A DNA stretch of 64,000 nucleotides from Escherichia coli (lineage in GTDB: Bacteria; Pseudomonadota; Gammaproteobacteria; Enterobacterales; Enterobacteriaceae). Positions 32,912-42,347 of the stretch are shown here, in pieces; position 1 is the stretch's first letter, and the number at the start of each line of letters is the position of its first letter. Location of the stretch: assembly GCF_030384885.1 (NCBI RefSeq), contig NZ_CP128613.1. One strand, written 5' to 3'. The notes under the pieces were generated by a model that made no database searches, was not told where the DNA came from, and saw only the letters and a list, made by a program, of their open reading frames with translations. A program made the position numbers and the translations under genes.

Positions 32912-34249
32912 TTACTGTTCTGCCTTTTTGGCACCAGGAAAGAGGATTTGCAGGCGGCTTTGTACCAGTTCGAGGGAGGCGGGTTCGCGCATCTCCTGGC
33001 GTAAAAATCGCTCGATGGCCGGGAACATTTTCACCGCTTTGTCGACGCTGGCATCCGCGCCTGCCACGTAGCCACCGAGTGGGATCAGCGGTTTGATCTC
33101 CATATAGGCGGCGTAGTTTTGCTTTAACGCGCGAGCGGATTGCTGATGTTCCGGGCGGGTGACCTGGTTCATGCAGCGGCTGATCGACTGGCCGATATCG
33201 ATGGCCGGATAGTGCCCCGCTTCCGCCAGTTTGCGGGTTAATACGATATGCCCGTCCAGCACCGCGCGGGCGCAGTCGACGATGGGATCTTGCTGATCGT
33301 CGCCTTCCGCCAGCACGGTGTAGATGGCAGTCATCGATCCCGCGCTTTCGCTGTTGCCTGCGCTTTCGACCAGTTTGGGGATCATGCCGAATGCCGACGG
33401 CGGATAGCCTTTGGTGGCGGGTGGTTCGCCAAGCGAGAGCGCAATTTCACGTTGCGCCATCGCATAGCGGGTCAGGGAATCCACCAGCAGTAAAACATGA
33501 TGCCCGCGGTCGCGAAACCAGGCGGCGATGGAGTGGCACAGTTCGGTGGCTTTCAGGCGCATCAGCGGCGATTCATCGGCGGGCGCGACGACGACGATAG
33601 ACTTCGCCAGCCCGTCCGCGCCCAAGGAATGGTCGATAAACTCTTTCACTTCACGCCCGCGTTCGCCAATCAGCCCAACCACCACGATGTCGGCTTTAGT
33701 CTGGCGGGTGATCATCCCCAGCAGCACGCTTTTCCCGACGCCGCTGCCCGCCATTAGCCCGACGCGCTGGCCTTTGCCGATGGTCAGCAGGCCGTTGATC
33801 GCTTTCACGCCCACATCTAAGGGTTCGTCCACCGAACGGCGGGTTAAGGGATTGACCGAGGGCGGTAGCGGCGGCAGAAGGTCGTTGCCGTTCAGGCGGC
33901 CTTTACCATCCAGCGGTTCGCCGAGGCCATTCACCACGCGGCCTAACCAGCTTTCGCCAATCAGGATGTCGTGGGCTTTTTCTTCCGGGAAGACACGCGC
34001 CCCCGCCATCAGGCCAACTGGCTGTTTGAATGGCATTAAATAGGTGATGTCGCGATTAAAGCCCACGGCCTGCGCGTCAATCAGCGTATGATTGGCGCTT
34101 TCTATGCGGCACAGTTGTCCGGTCATTAATGGGCAGCCGACGCTCTCCAGCAGAATGCCGTTCAGGCGCACCAGCCGTCCGGCGACGCGAGCCAGCGGGA
34201 TCGACTCCAGCGAGCGCAGGGCGTTATCGAAAGCAGAAAAATCACTCAC
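32912..34249 (-). CDS. lfiI: Flagellum-specific ATPase (FliI homologue), Flag-2
   Basis: 445 aa with Walker A GSGVGKS and Walker B VLLLVDSLTR. Confidence 0.95.
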   Translation of the reverse strand: MSDFSAFDNALRSLESIPLARVAGRLVRLNGILLESVGCPLMTGQLCRIESANHTLIDAQAVGFNRDITYLMPFKQPVGLMAGARVFPEEKAHDILIGESWLGRVVNGLGEPLDGKGRLNGNDLLPPLPPSVNPLTRRSVDEPLDVGVKAINGLLTIGKGQRVGLMAGSGVGKSVLLGMITRQTKADIVVVGLIGERGREVKEFIDHSLGADGLAKSIVVVAPADESPLMRLKATELCHSIAAWFRDRGHHVLLLVDSLTRYAMAQREIALSLGEPPATKGYPPSAFGMIPKLVESAGNSESAGSMTAIYTVLAEGDDQQDPIVDCARAVLDGHIVLTRKLAEAGHYPAIDIGQSISRCMNQVTRPEHQQSARALKQNYAAYMEIKPLIPLGGYVAGADASVDKAVKMFPAIERFLRQEMREPASLELVQSRLQILFPGAKKAEQ

Positions 34250-34952
34250 CCTGCGACTCCGGCGTTAGCGTCTCTTGCAGTGCGGTCATGCATTGTTCAA
34301 GGCGATGCTCGCAGCCGATATCCAGTTCTGATTTATCGGTAATCACCCGGCATTCCCCCGGCGGCAAATCCGGCGAAGGCGTCAGCCCCCATTCGTTGAC
34401 CTTTACCGGCACCGCATCGCGCAGGCGGTTAAACTCTTCCGTGCTCAGCATCACTTGCAGGGTTTCCGGCATCGCCGGGAAGGCCGCCAGCGCCTCTTCC
34501 ACCAGCGCCAGTAACTGCGTCGGTTGCAGCGCCAGTTCGCAGCGAATCACCTGGCGGGTGACTTTCTCCACCAGTTGCAGCAAATCTTCCCGCTGTTTAC
34601 GTTCGATATGGGCGAGGAAGTCGTTCACTTTACCGCTGATGGCCTCCAGCGGCTGCGCCGCTTCAATAAACTGCTTGCGCCCTTCCTGCTGCCCGGCGAG
34701 GCTGCCTTCGGTGTAGCCCTGACGTTGCCCCTCGGCAAAACCTTGCTGATGACCTTCGCTAAAGCCCTGCTCCTGCCCCTCGGTCATGCCCTGAGCAAAC
34801 CCTTTTTGCAGCCCTTCCTGAAAACCGTCCATCAACTGGCGCTGGTAATCGGCGGCGCTAATGCTGGCAGTGAGCGGTTCTCCGGTCACCGCACGCTGGC
34901 GCGGCGGGAAACGGTGCAGGCGATAGCGCCCGCGCAGTGTTTCAATGGTCAT
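34242..34952 (-). CDS. lfiH: Flagellar export ATPase regulator (FliH homologue), Flag-2
   Basis: 236 aa; between fliG and fliI homologues; overlaps fliI start. Confidence 0.75.
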   Translation of the reverse strand: MTIETLRGRYRLHRFPPRQRAVTGEPLTASISAADYQRQLMDGFQEGLQKGFAQGMTEGQEQGFSEGHQQGFAEGQRQGYTEGSLAGQQEGRKQFIEAAQPLEAISGKVNDFLAHIERKQREDLLQLVEKVTRQVIRCELALQPTQLLALVEEALAAFPAMPETLQVMLSTEEFNRLRDAVPVKVNEWGLTPSPDLPPGECRVITDKSELDIGCEHRLEQCMTALQETLTPESQGE

Positions 34953-34955
34953 GGG

Positions 34956-35999
34956 TTACTCCGCCGTCTGTTCCGCAAAGAGCTGTTGCTGAATTTCGCC
35001 CGCCTCTTCCAGTTCACGGGCGATACCCATGATTTCGCGGCGGATTTGTTCGATACGGCTAACCGGCACCGGACCCAGGCGCGCGGTGATCGCTTCCAGT
35101 TGCTGCACCTGACGTTTTGGCATCACCGCATAAATGGAGCGACGTAACAGGGCTTCGGTGCCTTTCAGCGCCACCGCCCAGTCTTCCATTGGCACTTCGT
35201 CGAGCAGGCGACGGCGTACCTCTTCGTTCTGGCGGCTGAGAATAAAGAAGTCGTACATCTCATCCTGCAACTGCTCCAGCACGTCTTCGTCGCGCTCGCG
35301 CATCTGGTCGAGGATCACCTGCTGGTTTCCCTGGAAGCGGTTGACAATATCCGCCGCCTGTTTGATGCCCTTCACCTTCGAGCCGTGCTCTGAAAGCACC
35401 GACAGGCCGCGTTCGATCAGACGATCCAGTTCATCCACCACGTCGCGGTTGACGTCGTTGAGTTTCGCTACCCGGTAGAGAATTTCGTTTTGCACCGATT
35501 CGTTGAGATAAGAGAGCACCGCCGCCGAGATTTCCGGCGTCAGAAACGCGAGGAATACCGCCTGCAATTGCAGATGTTCTTCGGAGATCAGCATCGCCAG
35601 CTGGCGCGGTTCCACCCATTGCAGGCGCGCCATCCGCGAGCGAATCTCATCGCCGTAGATGCCATTGATCACGCTGCTGGCGATCTCGGTGCCCAGCGCC
35701 TTGTTAAGAATGCCCTGCAACATGGATCGCGATGCGCCGTTGATCCCGCTCTGTTCGCGGAACTCATCAAAGAAGTTATTGATCACTTTGCGTGCCATGC
35801 TGGTTTTGACGCCGGAAAGCCGCGCCATGTTTTCGCTCAGGCGCACCACTTCTTCGCGGCTGAGTTTTTGCATCACCGTTGCCGCCGCTTCTTCGCCCAG
35901 ACACAGCAGCAGAATCGCCGCCTGTTCGAGATAGCTGTTGCTCTTATTTATTGTCAATTCGCTCATTGCTGGTAATCCATTGTCTGAGAACTTCGGCAA
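34956..35999 (-). CDS. lfiG: Flagellar motor switch protein (FliG homologue), Flag-2
   Basis: 347 aa; C-terminal torque helix region; synteny. Confidence 0.85.
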   Translation of the reverse strand: MPKFSDNGLPAMSELTINKSNSYLEQAAILLLCLGEEAAATVMQKLSREEVVRLSENMARLSGVKTSMARKVINNFFDEFREQSGINGASRSMLQGILNKALGTEIASSVINGIYGDEIRSRMARLQWVEPRQLAMLISEEHLQLQAVFLAFLTPEISAAVLSYLNESVQNEILYRVAKLNDVNRDVVDELDRLIERGLSVLSEHGSKVKGIKQAADIVNRFQGNQQVILDQMRERDEDVLEQLQDEMYDFFILSRQNEEVRRRLLDEVPMEDWAVALKGTEALLRRSIYAVMPKRQVQQLEAITARLGPVPVSRIEQIRREIMGIARELEEAGEIQQQLFAEQTAE

Positions 36000-37590
36000 C
36001 GCGATCGGTGTCGCTCATGGCCAGTTTTTGCAGGAACTCGAGTTTCACTTCGAGGCCAGAACTCTGGGACGGCAGGCTGTCATCGCCAGGCAGCGACGGC
36101 AGGTCGACATTTTTACGCTCCTCTTCCGGCACGGCGATCCACGGTTCGCTGATGGCTTCCGGTTCTGGTGTGATAACCGGCGCACGTACCGCCGTCAGCC
36201 GTTTCATCAGCGGGCGCACCACAAAGAACAGCAGCAACAGCGCCAGCAGGCCGCAGCCAATCAGCCGCCCCCACGCCAGTACACTGTCATCTTTCCACAG
36301 TGGAATAACCGGTTCGACAGGCACCGCCTGCGGCACAAAGTTGAGCAGTGATAAGGTGAGATTGTCACCACGCTGGGCGTCGATTCCGGCGGCATTATTC
36401 AGCAACGCGGTCAGTTGCGTGGTTTGCTCCGGCTTCCAGTTTTTCAGCGCCGGGGCGTTTTGATTGAGCACCACCGCCACGTTGAGGCGTTTCACCGCAA
36501 AGCCGGGATGCTGAATATGCTGGACGCTGCGGTCGTAAGAGTAGTCGCGCTTACTTTCGCTGTGTTTGGAAAGCGCTTCCGGCGAGCGGTTTTCTTCCGC
36601 ACCGTTGGTCATCTGATTCGCTGCAATCGGCGGACGGTTACTGAGCGAACCGGGCACGCCCATCGCCACCTGATTAGTGTCGCTGTCCAGCACGCTCTCT
36701 TCGCGGTTGATTTTCGGCGCGTCACCGTAGTGTTCCTGAGTTTCGTCGATGGTGCTGAGGTCGAGATCCGGCATCACACTGACGCGGTAATTCCCCATGC
36801 CAACCAGCGAATCCAGCACGTTCGCCACGCTGGCACGGGTTTTGTCCTGAATATCTTTGAGGATCTGATCGCGTTTACGGGTCGCGGCAGAAACCGCCTC
36901 GCCCGCGCCAATGCCGTCGGTCAGCAGATTTCCCGCCTGATCGACGACGCTGACTTTGCTGGCCTGTAGCCCCGGAATACTGCCGGACACCAGATGCACA
37001 ATGGCGTTCACCTGGTCCATATTCAGCTTCGCGCCGTAATGCAAGCGCACCACCACCGAGGCACTGTTTTGCGGCTCATCGCTGACCACAAACGAGCTTT
37101 CTTCGTTGAGCGCCAGATGCACCCGCGCGCTTTCCACCGCGTCCAGCGACATGATGCTCTGCGCCAGCTCCCCTTCGAGGCTGCGTTTATAGCGCACGTT
37201 CTGCACGAACTGACTGCTGCCGAGCATTTCGTCTTTGTCCATCAGCTCGTAGCCGCTGGGCAATATCGCCTGCACGCCTTTCGCGGCAAGGGTCATGCGC
37301 GTTTTCGACAGTTCGTCTTCCGGCACCAGTATCTGCCCGCTTTGCGGGTCGATGCGGTAGGTGAGCTTTTCGCCGTCCAGCACGGTGACAATCTGCGACA
37401 CGGGCAGATTTTCCTGGCGTCCGTAGAGCGAGACGTAGCCGCGATTCCCCGTCCATAGCACGCTGACGATAATCGCCGTCGCCGCAACGGCAAGCCCCAC
37501 ACCCGCCATCAACGCCCAGCGTTTGTTATCTGCGAGCCGCAGTCGAAACGCCGGAAAGGCCTGGGTTAACTTCTTTATTTGTGCATTCAT
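35944..37590 (-). CDS. lfiF: Flagellar MS-ring protein (FliF homologue), Flag-2
   Basis: 548 aa with N- and C-terminal TM segments. Confidence 0.9.
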   Translation of the reverse strand: MNAQIKKLTQAFPAFRLRLADNKRWALMAGVGLAVAATAIIVSVLWTGNRGYVSLYGRQENLPVSQIVTVLDGEKLTYRIDPQSGQILVPEDELSKTRMTLAAKGVQAILPSGYELMDKDEMLGSSQFVQNVRYKRSLEGELAQSIMSLDAVESARVHLALNEESSFVVSDEPQNSASVVVRLHYGAKLNMDQVNAIVHLVSGSIPGLQASKVSVVDQAGNLLTDGIGAGEAVSAATRKRDQILKDIQDKTRASVANVLDSLVGMGNYRVSVMPDLDLSTIDETQEHYGDAPKINREESVLDSDTNQVAMGVPGSLSNRPPIAANQMTNGAEENRSPEALSKHSESKRDYSYDRSVQHIQHPGFAVKRLNVAVVLNQNAPALKNWKPEQTTQLTALLNNAAGIDAQRGDNLTLSLLNFVPQAVPVEPVIPLWKDDSVLAWGRLIGCGLLALLLLFFVVRPLMKRLTAVRAPVITPEPEAISEPWIAVPEEERKNVDLPSLPGDDSLPSQSSGLEVKLEFLQKLAMSDTDRVAEVLRQWITSNERIDNK

Positions 37591-37594
37591 AGGG

Positions 37595-37936
37595 TTAGAT
37601 CGACATACTCATCAGATCGTTAAATCCGGTGGCGATTTTGTTGCGCACCTGCACCAGCGCGGAGAAAGAGAGCGACGCCTGCTGGCTGGCGATCATCGCC
37701 CCGGCGAGGTCATCACTTTTGCCCGTGTCGACAGCCGTTTGCTGCTGCTCCGCCACCTGCTGGAACTGGTCAACGTGACCGAGCGCGCCGAACATAATAC
37801 GGTTAAACGACACGTCCGGGTCGGTGGAACTGAAGGTCATGGCGGGTAGCACTGGCGCCTGGGCGTTGGCCTGCATCCGCTGCACGTCCTGCATAATTTG
37901 CGCCTGCATGGTGCTGTTGATTGTGGTAATGCTCAT
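37595..37936 (-). CDS. lfiE: Flagellar hook-basal body protein (FliE homologue), Flag-2
   Basis: ORF 37595..38158; likely start MSITTINSTMQAQIMQDVQRMQ (about 113 aa). Confidence 0.8.
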   Translation of the reverse strand: MSITTINSTMQAQIMQDVQRMQANAQAPVLPAMTFSSTDPDVSFNRIMFGALGHVDQFQQVAEQQQTAVDTGKSDDLAGAMIASQQASLSFSALVQVRNKIATGFNDLMSMSI

Positions 37937-37950
37937 TTTTAACTTCCGGG

Positions 37951-38937
37951 TCAGGAGAAAACTTCGATACCGTGCTTGCGCATGGAGGCCAGTCGATAGC
38001 GCAGGGCACGTGGGGTAATGCCTAACAGGTCGGCGATTTTGCTGCGGTTGCCCTGATATTTGCGCATCAGGTCGGCGATATATTGATACTGCGCGCTTCG
38101 TCCGTGCTGGCCTAAATCGCCGGTTTCGGCAATGTGGACGGCGGGCTGAACAGGCCATTGCAGTTCACTGTGGTCAGCAATATCGGTGTCCGGCAGGCCT
38201 AATGCATCCGGGTAAATTACGCCGTCGCGATTTAAAATCATTCCCCGCTGAATGGCGTTTTCCAGTTGGCGCACGTTACCGGGCCAGCGGTAATTAAGCA
38301 GCGCACGGCGGGTGGATTCGGACAGGGTGATATTTTTCACCAGCACCGTGGAGTATTTTTTAATAAATGACTCTGCCAGCGGAATAATATCGTTCAGGCG
38401 TTCACGCAGTGGCGGCATGGTAATAGGGATAACCGCCAGACGATAATAGAGATCTTCACGAAAACGTCCGGCGGCAACTTCCTGCTCCAGGTTTTTATTG
38501 GTGCAGGCAATCAGGCGAAAATTGAGTTTGATTTGTCGGTTACTGCCTAATCGCTCAACCTGTTGTTCCTGCAATACGCGTAATATTTTGGCCTGTAGCG
38601 CCAGCGGCATTTCACCAATTTCATCGAGTAATAAGGTGCCGTTATTTGCCAGTTCCATTTTTCCTGGCACGCTGGCAATTGCGCCGGTAAATGCACCTTT
38701 GTCGTAGCCAAATAACGTCGATTCCAGCATATTTTCCGGGATCGCCGCGCAGTTCACGCCGATATAGGGCGCATTATCATTTTCACCAAAGGCTACGGTG
38801 TGAATATACTTCGCCACGCACTCTTTCCCCGCGCCGGTTTCGCCCTGAATCAGGACCGGCACGTTAAAGGCGGCGACACGCTTTGCCAGAGTAAAAGCGT
38901 TAATGCTGGAGGCGGCAGATGCAATAAGTTCAGACAT
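37951..38937 (-). CDS. lafK: Sigma-54-dependent transcriptional activator, AAA+ and HTH only, no receiver domain (LafK-like)
   Basis: 328 aa: Walker A GETGAGKE, GAFTGA sigma-54 contact motif, C-terminal Fis-type HTH; ORF begins directly at the AAA+ domain. Confidence 0.85.
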   Translation of the reverse strand: MSELIASAASSINAFTLAKRVAAFNVPVLIQGETGAGKECVAKYIHTVAFGENDNAPYIGVNCAAIPENMLESTLFGYDKGAFTGAIASVPGKMELANNGTLLLDEIGEMPLALQAKILRVLQEQQVERLGSNRQIKLNFRLIACTNKNLEQEVAAGRFREDLYYRLAVIPITMPPLRERLNDIIPLAESFIKKYSTVLVKNITLSESTRRALLNYRWPGNVRQLENAIQRGMILNRDGVIYPDALGLPDTDIADHSELQWPVQPAVHIAETGDLGQHGRSAQYQYIADLMRKYQGNRSKIADLLGITPRALRYRLASMRKHGIEVFS

Positions 38938-39060
38938 AGGGTGAACAATATAAGTAGCGACAATAATCAGGATGTTCTGAAGCGTATCACCGGCGGGATT
39001 AACAAGTTTGAATTAAACGATAATAAAAATATTATTTGTTTACAAACAACGAGTTATCCA

Positions 39061-39143
39061 TGTAGGCCGGATAAGGCGTTTACGCCGCATCCGACAATCT
39101 TGCACCGGTGCCTGATGCGATGCTGCGCGTCTTATCAGGCCTA
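39061..39143. repeat. REP/BIME palindromic units in the lafK / lfiM divergent region
   Basis: TGTAGGCCGGATAAGGCGTTTACGCCGCATCCG ... GCCTGATGCGATGCTGCGCGTCTTATCAGGCCTAC. Confidence 0.85.
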
Positions 39144-39323
39144 CTGTTCGTGCAATGTTTTATGACGATGCCTGATATCTCACCCTTTAATAATTTAATT
39201 ATTTTTTCACCCTATTAATAATTTGCCCCTTTCACGCCCCGTCTATTTAATACCTCACCTTGTGTCACTGCCGGAATTGCATGCACAAAAACGCCCATAC
39301 CATTACAGCAGAGAAAGTAAGCC

Positions 39324-40175
39324 ATGCTGAAGTACAGTAAAACGCCAGGCATCTTTAAATTAGAAGGTAATCGGCTCGGACGCCCCTACCATCGCCTGCC
39401 GACCCTGTTTACGGGGAATTTTGACGTGATTGATTCGCATCTTGGCAGCTACTTTCTCAAAAAGCATCGCAGCAATATCACTTTAAAAAAGATTGGTTGC
39501 GAAATGGATATTATTAATAAAAACGCCGAGTTGATGGTTTCCCAGGTCGGGCATCTGGCGTTTGATATTGATCGTTCCTTATTGTTAATGCTGCTGGGTA
39601 ATTTTTATGGTCTGGAATCGTCTCTTGAAGAGGCGAAAGCGCATAACGGCCTACCGACCAAAACCGAAACACGATTAAAGAACCGACTCGCGCTGGATAT
39701 CTGCACGCTGATATTTAATCTGCAAACCTCCGGTATTGCACTGAAATTAAAACTGGACAGCAGCACAGTGATTACCCACTGGGCGTATCAATTAACCTTT
39801 ACCCTCGCGGGCGATGAAGAGAGCCGTTTTCGTATTTTGCTCGACGATGCCCACACCGATTTTATTTTAAATCTGATCCGCCACAGTGAGCACAGTAAAC
39901 CGCAGCAGGTGGCGAAATCCGTCAACAAGCCGGCACTGATTAAAGAGATCATCCGCTCCCTGCCGTTGACCCTGAACGTCAAAATCGCCGAGCTGTCGAT
40001 GAATGTTGCCGATCTGGCGCAGGTAAAAGCCGGAGATATTTTACCCATCTCGCTGGGAGAAACGTTCCCGGTGGCGATTGGGCAATCTGAATTATTTAGC
40101 GCCCTGATAGTGGAAGACAAAGACAAACTGTTTTTGTCGGAGCTGGCGGGCAAAAATGAGAATAGCCATGAGTAA
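39324..40175 (+). CDS. lfiM: Flagellar motor switch protein (FliM-like), Flag-2
   Basis: 283 aa with C-terminal SpoA-like segment (LAQVKAGDILPISL); followed by the FliN homologue. Confidence 0.7.
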   Translation: MLKYSKTPGIFKLEGNRLGRPYHRLPTLFTGNFDVIDSHLGSYFLKKHRSNITLKKIGCEMDIINKNAELMVSQVGHLAFDIDRSLLLMLLGNFYGLESSLEEAKAHNGLPTKTETRLKNRLALDICTLIFNLQTSGIALKLKLDSSTVITHWAYQLTFTLAGDEESRFRILLDDAHTDFILNLIRHSEHSKPQQVAKSVNKPALIKEIIRSLPLTLNVKIAELSMNVADLAQVKAGDILPISLGETFPVAIGQSELFSALIVEDKDKLFLSELAGKNENSHE

Positions 40176-40539
40176 GCAAGAAGATATTTTAGCCGGGGAT
40201 TTTGGCCTCACCGATGACGTTGCGCCTGTCACGAAATCCGCCGACGCCGAAACGCTGGTCACCCGCCTGGAGGACCGTTTTTCCGACTCGATGACGCTGC
40301 TGAAACGCATTCCGGTGACCTTAACGCTGGAAGTCTCCTCGGTGGAAATCATGTTAGCCGACCTGCTGAACATCGACGATGACACGGTGATTGAACTGGA
40401 TAAACTCGCCGGGGAGCCGCTGGATATCAAAGTGAACAATATCCTGCTGGGCAAAGCGGAAGTGGTAGTGGTCAACGAGAAGTACGGCCTGCGCGTGCTG
40501 GAGTTTAACACCCGCGATATCAACGACCTGGCGCCATGA
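40156..40539 (+). CDS. lfiN: Flagellar motor switch protein (FliN homologue), Flag-2
   Basis: 127 aa SpoA domain (VTLTLEVSSVEIMLADLLNIDDDTVIELDKLAGEPLDI). Confidence 0.85.
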   Translation: MRIAMSKQEDILAGDFGLTDDVAPVTKSADAETLVTRLEDRFSDSMTLLKRIPVTLTLEVSSVEIMLADLLNIDDDTVIELDKLAGEPLDIKVNNILLGKAEVVVVNEKYGLRVLEFNTRDINDLAP

Positions 40540-41288
40540 AACGCCGCACTCAACTGACGCTGGGCCTGGCGCTGCTGGCGCTCGCGCCGCTGGCATTAGC
40601 CCAGGGCGGCGATATTGCGCTGCTTAATGTGGTCACTCACGGCAACACTCAGGAGTACAGCGTCAAAATTCAGGTACTGATTCTGATGACCCTCGTCGGT
40701 TTGTTGCCGACGATGGTGCTGATGATGACCTGCTTTACGCGCTTTATTATCGTGCTTTCACTACTGCGCCAGGCGCTGGGGCTGCAACAAACGCCGCCAA
40801 ACCGCATTCTGATTGGCATTGCGCTCTCCCTCACCCTGCTGGTGATGCGCCCTGTCTGGCTGAATATTTACGACCACGCGGTGGTGCCGTTCGAAAACGA
40901 TCAGATTACCCTGACCGATGCGTTAAGCACCGCCGCGACGCCGCTGAAACGCTTTATGCTGGCGCAGACCGACAAAAAAGCGATGGCGCAAATCATGACC
41001 ATCGGCGGCGCAAAGGGCAATGCCGCCGACCAGGATCTCTCCATCGTGGTGCCCGCCTATGTGCTGAGCGAACTGAAAACCGCTTTCCAGATTGGCTTTA
41101 TGATTTACATCCCGTTTCTGGTTATCGACCTGATTGTCGCCAGCGTATTGATGGCGATGGGGATGATGATGCTGTCGCCGCTGATCGTTTCGCTGCCCTT
41201 TAAGCTGATGCTGTTTGTGCTGATCGACGGCTGGTCGTTGACCATCGGCACGCTCACCACCAGCATTCGCGGACTGGGGCTGGGCTGA
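40536..41288 (+). CDS. lfiP: Flagellar export apparatus protein (FliP homologue), Flag-2
   Basis: 250 aa polytopic membrane protein; overlapping start/stop with neighbours. Confidence 0.9.
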   Translation: MKRRTQLTLGLALLALAPLALAQGGDIALLNVVTHGNTQEYSVKIQVLILMTLVGLLPTMVLMMTCFTRFIIVLSLLRQALGLQQTPPNRILIGIALSLTLLVMRPVWLNIYDHAVVPFENDQITLTDALSTAATPLKRFMLAQTDKKAMAQIMTIGGAKGNAADQDLSIVVPAYVLSELKTAFQIGFMIYIPFLVIDLIVASVLMAMGMMMLSPLIVSLPFKLMLFVLIDGWSLTIGTLTTSIRGLGLG

Positions 41289-41290
41289 TT

Positions 41291-41563
41291 ATGCTGACCG
41301 TTGACGTAGCCGCCGACATTGTCGCCAGCGGCATAAAAGTGGTGATTTTACTGGTTTCGGTACTGGTGGTGCCAAGCCTGCTCGTTGGCCTGCTGGTGAG
41401 CGTGTTCCAGGCGGTGACGCAGATTAACGAACAGACCCTGAGCTTTTTGCCGAGGCTGATTGTCACGCTGGTGGTGCTGGGGATATGCGGCAAATGGATG
41501 ATTACCCAGTTGCATGACCTGTGCATTCACCTGTTTAGCCAGGCCGCGTTGCTGGTGCATTAA
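41291..41563 (+). CDS. lfiQ: Flagellar export apparatus protein (FliQ homologue), Flag-2
   Basis: 90 aa, two TM segments. Confidence 0.85.
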   Translation: MLTVDVAADIVASGIKVVILLVSVLVVPSLLVGLLVSVFQAVTQINEQTLSFLPRLIVTLVVLGICGKWMITQLHDLCIHLFSQAALLVH

Positions 41564-41564
41564 G

Positions 41565-42347
41565 ATGCGCACAAGCGACGTTACGCAACTGACGGATCTG
41601 GCGCTGGGGCTGTGGTTTCCCTTCGTGCGCATTATGGCGTTTCTGCGCTATGTGCCGGTGCTGGATAACAGCGCCCTGACTATGCGCGTGCGGATTATTT
41701 TGTCGCTGGCGCTGGCAATCATCATCACGCCGTTGATCCCCCATCCCATTCCGCATGATTTGCTCTCGCTCAACAGTTTGATCCTGACGGTGGAGCAAAT
41801 CTTATGGGGCATGTTATTCGGGCTGATGTTTCAGTTTCTGTTTCTGGCGCTGCAACTCGCCGGGCAAATTCTCTCGTTCAATATGGGGATGAGCATGGCG
41901 GTGATGAACGACCCGAGCAGCGGCGCATCGACCACCGTGCTGGCGGAGCTTATCAACGTCTACGCGATCCTGCTGTTTTTTGCCATGGACGGGCATCTGT
42001 TGCTGGTGAGCGTGTTGTACAAGGGCTTCACCTACTGGCCGATTGGCAACGCGCTGCATCCGCAAACCCTGCGCACCATTGCGCTGGCCTTTAGCTGGGT
42101 GCTGGCGTCCGCATCGCTGCTTGCGCTGCCGACCACTTTTATCATGCTGATTGTGCAGGGCTGCTTTGGCCTGCTCAACCGCATTGCGCCGCCGCTGAAT
42201 CTCTTTTCACTTGGCTTTCCCATCAACATGCTGGCAGGGCTGGTCTGCTTTGCCACCCTGCTCTACAACCTGCCGGATCACTATCTGCATATGGCGAATT
42301 TTGTGTTGCAGCAGCTCGACGCGCTGAAAGGTCACTATGGCGGATAG
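41565..42347 (+). CDS. lfiR: Flagellar export apparatus protein (FliR homologue), Flag-2
   Basis: ORF 41514..42347; likely start MRTSDVTQLTDLALGLWFPF at about 41565. Confidence 0.85.
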   Translation: MRTSDVTQLTDLALGLWFPFVRIMAFLRYVPVLDNSALTMRVRIILSLALAIIITPLIPHPIPHDLLSLNSLILTVEQILWGMLFGLMFQFLFLALQLAGQILSFNMGMSMAVMNDPSSGASTTVLAELINVYAILLFFAMDGHLLLVSVLYKGFTYWPIGNALHPQTLRTIALAFSWVLASASLLALPTTFIMLIVQGCFGLLNRIAPPLNLFSLGFPINMLAGLVCFATLLYNLPDHYLHMANFVLQQLDALKGHYGG

